Part shown: positions 27,301 to 39,300 of the stretch, one piece after another
Position numbering within the stretch: position 1 is the first letter of the stretch
How the letters are laid out: each line of letters starts with the position of its first letter
Assembly (NCBI RefSeq): GCF_036588685.1
Contig: NC_086379.1
Span: 24,118,001-24,182,000 of the forward strand
Direction of reading: 5' to 3'
DNA length: 64,000 bases
DNA from: Mytilus trossulus
Lineage: Eukaryota
Made by a program: the position numbers and the translations under genes
Notes under the pieces: model-generated
Told to the model about the DNA's origin: nothing
The model's input: the letters and a program-made list of their open reading frames with translations, nothing else
The model's database searches: none

Positions 27301-30300
27301 TCATCATAATATGCTATTTATATAAACCACTTTGTGGTACAATAACATTTTACAATATAAACATTGAATATTAGGAACGTAGAATGAAATATGTCTACAG
27401 TATGATTGGTTTTAAATATTTTATTTATAAGATTTAGGAATCCAAATTTGTAATAATTTAAAAACCCATTTTAAATTGTTTTATATCAACACATTTCATA
27501 GACATATTTGCATTTGTAAAATCATATTTAAATACCCAAATTTTAAATTATTTTACATGCCCAACTTTTGTTTTTGAAGTGTGACTTGAAACAACAGTAT
27601 ATTATATAAAGAGAAATAAAGGTTAAAGTTATATCATGAATATTGGTCATGATTTGTAAAACTCAGAACTGTCAAGTCAATTTGAGACACAATTCAAAAT
27701 GTTAAGAATATGTCAAGCCATACTGAGAAAAAATAAGAATATCGAGAACATGTCGAGAAATTTTAAGACAGTATTCAAATGTCAAGTATTTGTCAAGAAA
27801 TTTTAAGACCATATTGAAGATATGTCAAGAACATTTCATACAAATTTGATATAAATGAGAATTTGTCAAGAAAAATTAAGACACAAGTCCTACTTTTGGA
27901 GAATGTCAAGTAAAAATTCATGCAAATCAAGACAAAAACTGGTCTTTTCAGACTTTTATACTTTTGTAGTAATATATATATAATATATACGAGTCTAAAT
28001 TGAAAACTACGTTCAAATCTATGATTGCGTAGGATGAAAACCGCAATTTTTATACGTGTGCATGTAAAACAAATTTCGTTGTAGAAGGGTCTAAAAAGAG
28101 CACAAACAACATTTTCAAAAAGACCAAAAAAGTAAAAAAGTATATTTAAACAAAACGCATTTGACCAACAGGTCGAATAACTGATGTTCTTAAACCCTGT
28201 TGACTGCAATTGGCGATTGCCAAATAAAATTGATCACTAGATGTAACAATATGGATCTTAATATAAATTTAATACTAAAAAGAAAAATAATAACTTGTGA
28301 CCACGATGTTATGCCACAAACATACGGTGTCAATATTATTTTAGTACACCAGATCCGGATTTCGACAATAAATGTCTTTTCAGTGATGTTAGGGATCAAA
28401 ACGGTATTTGGAAGGGCATATAAAAAGTACCCTCAATTTTAGAAAAAGTACCCTCATTTTTAGATAAATTTGAATTTTGAGAGTCAATATAGGATGAACG
28501 GATCATATAAACCGGAGGGAAAATATGATACAAGCCCAAGCGAAAAATTAAACGAGTATAAATTGAAAACTACGTTCAAACCTATGATAGCGTAGGATAA
28601 AAAACGCATTTTTTATACGTGTGCATGTAAAACAAATTTCGTTGTAGAAGGGTCTAAAACAGCACACACAACATTTTCATAAGACCAAAAAAGTGAAAAA
28701 GTATATTTAAACAAAACTCATTAGACCAACAGGTCGAACAACTGATGTTCTTAAACCCTTCTGAGTGCCATTGGCGATTGCCAAATAAAATTGATCACTA
28801 GATGTAACAAAATGGATCTTAATATAAATTTATTACTAAACAGAAAAAAAATAATTTGTGGCCACGATGTTATGCCACAAAAATACGGTTTCAATATTTT
28901 TTTAATACAGGGGTAAATTCAGTAAAAAAATATACGTCATCAGGGACCGCCCATTTAGGGGAGAGCTTTCTGTATAACACTGAAGTTATATGCTCTTCTG
29001 ATTGGCAGATATTTTTGTAATAAATATTTTTAGTAGATGGATCAAAACTAGAGTTGAAAAAAAAAATATATGCTGAATGTACTATTTTTTTCCCCTTACA
29101 GGGTTGAAAAGTAATGGGGGTCAGTATAGGAATTCAGTGCGAATCTACATTGTTTGTAAACAAGGCCATGTGAATGCCCAAAAATGTCGCATGACCCGAT
29201 GTTTTTATTGTTGCAAAAGAAAGGGCTACATTTGTACTTTCATGAATGATATATGAAAGATTTAAAGTTCTAAAGGTAAATCAGGTATAAATTTATTTCC
29301 ACACATATATTAGCATTAAAGTCAATGGGAGATTTTTTTATTGAATTTACCCCTATAGGAAAATATGCACTTTTTCACTGTACTTGTCCAAGGCCACACA
29401 ATAATCACAAAACTCATTTCCTGTAAATGTTAATGTAATGGAAGGATTTTGAAACCATTTAAAGCGGTTTTTTACACAAATTTCTATCTTTAACTGCGGC
29501 TACCCAGGATGCAATCAGTGTACTGTGAGAGAAGCATGAAGTATAATGTAAAAATCAGTTTTTGTTTCCAGATTGAAAGAAACAATAGAAGTTACACTTG
29601 ATAGTTATGATATCAATGAAAGGCATGCATATTCTCCCCATTTACATCACATTTCTCCTCATAATGTATAAATCATACTAGGAAAAAAATCGATAACCTA
29701 TTTACACCACTGGGTCGATGCCACTGCTGGTGGACGTTTCGTCCCCGAGGGTATCACCAGCCCAGTAGTCAACACTTCGGTGTTGACATGAATATCAATA
29801 ATGAGGTCATTTTAATAAATTTCCTGTTATAAAACTTTGAATTTTCGAAAAACTAAGGATTCTCTTATCCCAGACATAGATTACCTTAGCCGTATTTGGC
29901 ACAACTTTTGGAATTTTGGATCCTCAATGCTCTTCCACTTTGTACTTGTTTGGCTTAATAAATATTTTGATATGAGCGTCACTGATGAGTCTTATGTAGA
30001 CGAAACGCGCGTCTGGCGTACTAAATTATAATCCTGGAACTATTTACCTCTCTTTGACATATTGTTTTTTTAGCTGTGTTCCCCATGTTAAGTTGTAGAA
30101 CAAGTGGTAAATAAGCACTTTTCTAGTATTTTAACACTCGAATAATCTGACCGCATGAAGGTATTCATTTATTTTTACACATGGCCTTGGGTTTCTTTAT
30201 TTAAATAACATACCAGAAAAGTTTTCATGATTCATGTATTTCCGTAGTCCCAAAAGCCTTAAAGACTTGCTGGTGAGAGCTGATTTATCCTCTCAAGCAG

Positions 30301-33300
30301 GCTCTTCATCTATGGGCTCATGCAATGGTTGCGGAAACAAACGATGTCTGACTTGCAAACAAACACTGGATACCCAGACTTTTAACAGTCACTACACTGG
30401 CACAGAATACACCATATTTTGCAATGTTAATTGCAAGACTTCAAATGTTGGGTATCTCTTACAGTGTAAACGTGGTAAACAGTATGTTGGCGAGTCAGGA
30501 CAGCCGTTTCACAAACGAATGAACGGCCATCGTAGCGACTACCAATGCAAGCCAGACCTTCCTCTCAGTCGACATTTGAGATCCCCTGGAGGCAGATATC
30601 AATCGACTGACCATTGATATCATTGACTACAACTGTGCTTGGTCTAAGGAGGATAGACTTGCTCGGGAAATATTTTGGATAAGAAAATTAATAACTTTGG
30701 CACTAAATGGGATAAATGAAAACATGTAGTTCGACTCCGTGTAGTGCTTCATATTTGGGTTATATTACTTATTATTACAGTCTCTGTTTCTTTTTCTTAA
30801 CCGTATTCATTTATTAAATAAATTTGTTGAAGATACCAATTTAAATTGCTTATTTTGTTGAGGGATGTATAAGAACCAAGCAACGTTCTTCTAGTTATAC
30901 TTAGTCAAAAATAATTATTACATTTTAACAGCCGTTTGTTCACGATGTTTAAATATTCAGACTCTGTTGTAGCTACTTTACTCTGTCAATTTTAAAATTA
31001 AGATAGTTCAGTGCTGTCTATTTGGTAATTTTACAGACGTTATCATGCTTATACATGTTATACCATCATAATTGTCGTTCCCGATAAAGTTTTAGAATTG
31101 TGCTGGTTCAAATCGCACATCATTATTTGTATTTAAAGCATATATATATATGTGTGTGAGCTCTCTGTTGTAATAAGCCATATAACCTATGTCATGATTA
31201 ACAATTTTTTAGAATGATGCAAGCGTCTTAACTGATGTTCGGTTAGACTTTTTTATTGTATAAATTTAAAGATTTAGTAAAGGTTTAATCTAAGAAGACT
31301 TAAAGGTGATTCATTTAACATCAGAATCTGACTGACGAAGGATATCTGTTATCCGAAATATTTCTAAATACATTTACAGTTACCTTTTTTTTATGTTTGG
31401 AATTGTTGTGTACACTTTTTTAGGCATTTCTATATATATATGTCTAAATTGAAAACTACGTTCAAACCTATGATTGCGTTGGATAAAAACCATATATATA
31501 TCTATATACAGATCCTTATACATACATAGTTTGACCTACTCTGAATATGTGAAAATCCCATATTTGTAATTGGTAATTAATCTACACCAACATCAAAATG
31601 TGAAATATCAAATTATCTAGCAAGTGAGTTCTTTCGGTATTTAAACCAGCTCCCTTACCACAACAAAAATAGCTTATAGAAGTTTATTCCAATAAAGTAT
31701 ATCGATATACAAATAGTAGAATTAATCAGTGTTGGAGTTGACACATGAATTGCATTTTTGGATATTTTCGAAAATATAGACAATTGTTTGGTCGTCTCAA
31801 TTGTGTTGACATTTACAGTGTTTCGTCTTACTTGGCCTTTTCGCTTCTTTAATTCGATCGACACTGTCTTTTGTAGATGAAACATTCGTCTGCCGTATGA
31901 AATTGTAAAGTTTGTATCTATGATGAGTTTACTGATATTCTACAATCTACACCAAAATCATTGTGTCCTCTCAAGTGTTATGGACGTCATTTTATTTAAT
32001 CTAGTTCATATACCTCCTGGTTAGATAAATTGTGTTTAACATACACAATTAAATGAACTGTCTTTTTCAATATTTATTTACGCATACACTATTATTGTAT
32101 TATAATTGTATACTAACTTCTTTGTAACTTTGTATGTCTATGAGAATAAAATATTCGTATTCGTATTCGGTACGGTAAATTGCTTTTCCAAACTTAATAT
32201 TTAACAATTCTTATTCAGCGTATTAAATTTAAAGATTGAAACAATAACAACCTTGTTAAATGTCAAGAAACAAGTATCGACAGGATACTTTAGTACACCG
32301 AAACAAGTTTCAAAACTGCAAAACAATATATTTACCTATGTGCATGAATGTTCCTTTTTTTTTAGTTCTGTCCATGTTTTAAGATACATGTATTTTGACA
32401 ATTGATTTAGCTGTTGTCATTTACATTTTAGCTTTTCATGATTCAAAGATTTAAAAACAGAGACGAAAATATTTGAACCTTTTTATATGAGCGTCACTGG
32501 TGAGTTTTATGTAAACAAAACGCGCCACTGACTTATCAAATTATAAGCCTGGAACCTTAATTTTAAAATGTTTTTGAAAGCTTATTACCAGCTAAATGAT
32601 GCCCTAAAGACCATGAGTTAGCATCTGAATTGTCTTCGTTGTCATAAAATCTCCACCCTGTTTTAAACCAATGATTTGCATGAGGACATCCTGATACTGG
32701 TTGATATAATGAAAATGTTCCCATTGGCCACATTAATGGCACACTCAATACTTGCGTAATTTCTGAAAAGAAATTAAATTCTGAAAAAAACGTTAGATGG
32801 ATCCGCAAATTGTAATTTGATATCTACAAATCTTTGAACATAATGGTATCTTAAAGCTTGAATGTTTTATTCGAATTATTTTTACAATTTCAGCATTCTG
32901 TGTGATTGCTTATCGTAGAAGAGTAAGTAAAACCTTTATATGTCTGTGTTTTGTAGCTTTGCCATTTTGCCATTGACTTATAACCCACATTCTCTTATAT
33001 TTTGAACTGCTCTGATGCACCAATGCCCGCAATGACAACACAAGCGTCCTCTGAAAATGACAACCCTCTTTTGAAAAAAAACAAATAAACATTCAGATTT
33101 TCGGATTTTTTAGAATTTAATTAAACGAAAATATATTTGTTCATTGAATTAACTACGTGTTCTGAGACTCGACATATTAATTCATTGTCCTTTACTTTTG
33201 TTGTAATGCTTATAGGAGAGTTAGGCCGTAACAGTCACATTAGCCTTGAAAACCAAACGGAAAGGACGTTGAAAAAACTTAAACCCATCCTTTCCCACCC

Positions 33301-36300
33301 TAATAAATTTAATTTTATTTGCTGCTGGTCTATTTTTTTCATATGCTACAGTCTTCATACACATATCCGTCATAGTAACATGCTGAAGCAAAATTAAGTT
33401 GTGCCAAATACGGTTGAGGTAATCTGTGCCTTGAATGAGAAAATCCTTCGTTTTTCGAAAATTTCAAAGTGCACCGATGAGTCTTATGTAGACGAAACGT
33501 GCGTCTGGCGTATTAAATAATAATCTTGGTACCTTTGCTAACTATTTTGTAAAGAGGAAAATTATAAAAATGACCACATAATGGATGTTCCTGTCAACAC
33601 CGAAGTGCTGACTACTGGGCTTGCGATACCCTCCATCAGCAGTGGCATAAACCCAGTGGTGTAAATAACTGTAAAAAGTTATTAAAGCTACCAGGATTAT
33701 AATTTAGTTCGCCAGACGCGCGTTTAGTCTACATAAGACTCATAAGTGACGCTCATATCAAAATAATTCAAAGTTGAAGAGCATTGAGGATCCAAAATTT
33801 CCACAAAAAATGTGTCAAATACGGCTAAGGTAATCTAAGGTAACACGATGTTGTTGTGTTTGTTGTTGTTATTACTGTTGTTGTTGTTTGAAGAAATTTT
33901 GATTAAATGTTGACATGACAATTCAATATCCAAACAAAATCAGTGCTTGTAATTTTTTGTAGTGAAATACAAATCAAGTCATCATTGGTGTCTGTTCGTA
34001 AATTCTGATATTTTGGTAATTAAATGATACCTTTAATCAAATGATATATTGGGCACAGCTTTTTGGAACTTTGGTATTCGGTTTTCTTCAGCTGTGTGCT
34101 TTTTTTTTTGGCTTTCGAACTTTTTTCATCAGAGCGTCACTGGTTGGTCTTGTGTGGACGAAACGCGCGTCTGGCGTATTATATTTTAAACCTGGCACCT
34201 TTTGTTAGCTATTATTTGTGTGTTTCTCTGTCATTTATGTTCTCCCATTTATTTGTATGGTAGTCCTATCATGTAATGTTGTCATTTTAATGTGATATTT
34301 AACATTGGTGTAAAAGCTGGAGGTTTGGCATACCACAAAACCAGGTTCAATCAACCATTTTTTTTTTTTATCAAAATGCCATGTACCAAGTCAGGAAAAT
34401 GGCCATTGTTATATTATAGCTCGTTTCAGTGTGTGTTACATTTTAATATTGTGTGACCGTTGGGTCGTAGTTCTCTTCTTATATTTAATGTGTTTCCCTC
34501 AGTTTTAGTTTGTAATCACGCACTTTTTAAATGAACTATATATCGCTATTCGATAACATGTATCAGTATATACATATATACACAGTTATAGACTCTGATT
34601 GCTGTCATTTATATACCTCTTATATCTTTCGCCCCTGCCGATTAAAAGTTTTTTAAGATGAGTTTTCATAATACGGAAGATATTCTAGTTACCTGACGGT
34701 GTTGACATTATGCGATAGGTAGACGGGTATGTATGCATAGCTCTGCGCAGATTATGCTTTACCAGAGTAACTGCAAAAGTTCTGTTCATTAAAATGGGAC
34801 AAATGCTATCCCAATGCTGGATGCTGCCATATGTACCGAAATCGTCATGTAAGAATCGTGCAATGGACACCAAATGAAACTCAATGGGCTCAGATATACC
34901 CATTCTGCCAACATTCAGTTGTTTACGTTGGTTTCCGATTGTTAATGTTTTGAAATCTGATGTCGGTATGTTGGACATGTTAAGATAAGCCATAGTTCCG
35001 TCATCTTTTACAATTTCAACTTTCCATATAGGTGGATCGGTATATTTCTGAAAAAAATCATTCTGATTAATCATTTGTCATCATAATTATGGCCTAAAAC
35101 ATATTGAACCGCAATTCATTTTGTTATCAAATCCTGTCCCCCCAAAAAATATAAAATATTCTAGTACCAACCGTTTTCGATGTTTTCTCTAGTTTGGCAA
35201 ACAACGATATCACACAAATGATTTATTCCTAGTTTTAGATCAAGTACGTGTTTCTTCAAAATTTAATATTTAAATCTAAGCGTTGCTGCATGTAATCCGT
35301 GTTTATTTTCAACAAGCATCTTTTGTAAAAACATTATCAGAATTATTGAAAGTATATTGTGTGAAATCGGTTTCAATTAAAGTCATAAGAAACCTGAAAT
35401 TAAAAAAAATAATGCATATGTTTTTTATAACTCAATGGATAGTTTTCATTATAAAACTTATGTACATATACTTTTTTCTTTAGCAAATTCTTTAATTTGT
35501 TCATATTTATAAGAAGTTTACTTCTTTCCAGCAAGCAATTCCCCGACATATTTTCCGTATGCAAAGTGACCTCAGTGTGACCCATCTTGAAAAAACCGGT
35601 GATCGCAATACGCATGGATGTCCGTAAAAATAAACTATTATCTGATTGTACATGTTAATGCCCGAGTCACACTGTCCCGATTTTTATATACGATGGACAC
35701 CCGAATGCGAAAATTGTATATTCGTACGAAGTTGGTCCCGATCTCGTTAAAATACCAAAAAGTGACCGAAGCAAGTACGATGAATAACGAAGTCTATACG
35801 ATGGTGCCGAAATTATATACGATAGCAAAAGATGGACATATGAAGGTTAACCGAAGACGGGTATTTAAGCTTCATATCTCAGCCGAAGCCTACACGATTG
35901 ATCACGAAGGCTACACGATGGATTACGAAGGCTACACAATGGATCACGATGATAGCGCGATGGCCATACGATGTCTAAAAGACGTCGTGTAAGCTTACGA
36001 TGCATTTAAATTATATGTCGAAGGCATCACGCGTTTTAAAGACAATATTAAAGGTATTTCCAGTTACTGAATGTTTTGGTTGATTTCTAAAAAAAAATTA
36101 TGTATCAAATATGCATATTCATTTACCATTTTCTGCATGTGTCATATATAAATATAGTGTCCATATTTGTCCCCAATATGTTTCATACGAGGGGATGCCA
36201 CGCTCGGCATTGCTTTTTTTGAACTCTAAAATGTGTGCACTAGTCTGAATAATCACCCATAATTATGCCCATGTTTACTGATCTATCTTAAAGGTAAGGT

Positions 36301-39300
36301 AATGGGTTCGTTGATCCCTTTTATTCAAAAAGAGCTCTTTCCAGGAGAATATCATAATAACATAGACAAAAGGAAGGATGAGGGAAAGCAATAAATGCGG
36401 CAAAATATGAAATATAGACTACAAAATGGTTATGGAGTAAACATTCGTGTGACAACAACTCAGACGATACATTAAAAATCAGAATAATGAAGAAAAAGTT
36501 GGTTTCCCTATATACGTGTACCTGCAGTGTTGGTGTACGATGCGCGTTTATGATTTTCATTATGTTACTTGATATGAAAAAATGACAAAAAAAATATTTT
36601 ACTTGTAAAAGTAAATCCTGAGCCTGTAATAGCTGCTCTTTTTGTTCAATTTGAATTAACAGAAACAACGCTGTCGCCTTTCTTGTTCTCATAGAATCAT
36701 ATGATATGAGCTCAATGTTTTGTGAACGTCTTTCTTAACTGTCGTATTAGACTGACCAGTGCATATCGCGCATGGCACTTTAAATGTATTTTAGCGCTAA
36801 AATTAACTTACATTTATCTGGATTTATTGCCGTCGTAGTTCCATCTTGTCGCCTTCGTACTTTTATTCGATGGCAACACGACGGGATTACGAGGTATTCA
36901 CGAATTCGTGTTGCCATCGTAGGACCTTCGCGTAGCTTCGTGGTTCATTCGTGTAGACATCGTAATGTCAAAACTGCCCGATGGAAACGATGGAAACACG
37001 AATGCAATACGATGTTCAAAGATTCATTCCCGGTGACAATACGATGGCGAGGATGGTGATACGAACTCAATACGAACCCTCGACATCGGACGTACATTCG
37101 GGTTTTTTTTAACATGTTAAAAAATTTAGAACCCTTCCCGAAGTTTTCCCCGAAGGCCAGAAAAAGTGGCCGATAGTTCTACGATGGTTAAAGATTACAC
37201 TACGAATAGCCCGATCTGGACACGATCAGTCCCGATTTTAAAAATTTCCATAATCGTGTTGCCATCGGCGTAAAAATCTGGACAGTGTGACGCGTGCATT
37301 AACACGTACTCAATATCCATCCTTTTTGTTATTTGTTGACACAAAGGTGACAAACGTTAAACTTCGACTTCTAAACACGAACTTTAATTACCTGCCATAT
37401 TTTCATAACAACACTGACCGTTTGAAAAAAAAGTGACGATAATATGAAATTTATGCGAAAAAAATGATAAAATCGTGCACAAAAGACTAAGTTTATGATG
37501 TTTGTATGCATTGGTTTAAGAATTAGAATAACATTATTTTTCACCGGTCACTCGTTTATTACGACTTTAAACGAGGGAAATTTCTAGAATAGTTTTGTAT
37601 ACCTATATCATGTATATATAGTTACTGTTTTGTTTAGGACTGCTTTTTGATATTTTGCAGTACTGAAATACGTATGTTCAAAGTAATTTGAGACGAGTTT
37701 CTGATGATTACAATTTTAAGAAATGTATTGCACCAATTCATGGAAATATGCTCAGCTTAGTCCTTTGTACGATTTGGTTTTTTTGTATTTGCTACGAATT
37801 GATAATGTTAAATTGACACGTATATTTATAAAGAGTTGTCTTATTACAAAACAGCAAGCAGTCATTGGACGTATCGGTGTTATACACATTTGGAGAATAT
37901 GATATGTTGTTTAATTGACTTTTAAAAACTCATATTCGCTTCTTGATCTAACAGTATAATTGAATAGATTTTTTTGTCAAAAGTCAATGACATAAACCAA
38001 GTATCTAGATCTGTGAAAGCAAAGATCTGTTCTTTTATCTTAATTACGGAGAAAAAAGAAATTGAAAATTGAAAATTTGATAGATGTTTTGTGATTTTTT
38101 TGTAAAAGAGGGACGAAAGATACCAAAGGGACAGTCAAACTCATAAATCTGAAACAAACTGACAACGCCATGGCTGAAAATGAAAAAGACAAACAGAAAA
38201 ACAATAGTGCACATGACACAACATAGAAAACTAAAGAATAAACAACACGAACCCCTCCAAAAACTAGGAGTGATATCAGGTGCTCCGGAAGGGTAAAAAG
38301 ATCCTGGTCCACATGTGGCACCCGTCGTGTTGCTTATGTGATTACAAATCCGGTAAATAGTCTAATTCGGTAGGTCAAATTCATGAAAGGAAAGGGAATT
38401 GTAGTTACGACGTAAGGAACATATCCGATATCATTTGTGAAACGGTTATTCCATAACGATCAACCAACGCGTGATGGCGTCCGTAAAATTTACGAAGGGA
38501 TGATTTCAACTTCACCATTTGGAAATCTTGGTTTAATAGCTTCCTTGTGAGCAGTAACCCTCTATCAAGAAAATCGTGATAGGAAATGCAAGCACGGGAA
38601 TATCGTATCAATTGGGAGATATATACCCCGTATGCAGGTGCTGCTGGAATGTTGCTACTTCGAAATGGAAAGTTCACAATTGGAAAGCTGAAATTATCTC
38701 TTTTGTCGTAAAGTTTTGTTTTCAACCGACCGGCATTGTCAATTTCTAGATGTAAGTCAAGATATGTAGTATCCTTTATCTCCAGTTCGTTGGGATAGAT
38801 GCGTTACACATAGTCACCAACATTTGAATTGTTTAGTGAAAGAACATCATCTATATAGTGGAAAGTAGAGTTAAAGGATATTGCTAACTTCTTATCTTTC
38901 TTCCTAAGAAGTTCCTGCATGAAGTCAGCCTCATAATAATAAAGAAATAAGTCGGCAAGTAGAGGGGCACAGTTTGTTCCCATTGGAATGCCGACAGTCT
39001 GTTGAAAAACACGTCCTCCGAACGTAGCAAAATGTTTCCTTGTTTTGAGATTGCAACACAGTGATGACTGCTGTAAGCATATTTTGACTATTTTACCGAT
39101 TATGTCTGTTTTGTTCACACACCGTTGTAAATATAACAGAATTTCATGCGACTGTCATACAAGTCAGAGGTTCAGCGCTATAAAACCAGGTTCAATCCAC
39201 CGTTTTCTACATTTTAAAAGGCCTGAACCTTGTCGGGAATATGACAATTGTTACCATTTGTTTGATGTGTTTTGTCGTTTGATTTTGACATGCCATTTGA

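Noticed and set aside
35618-35992. 124-aa ORF with DHEGYTM repeats as a host gene
   Set aside because: It is a translation of the transposon's 21-bp subterminal repeats.
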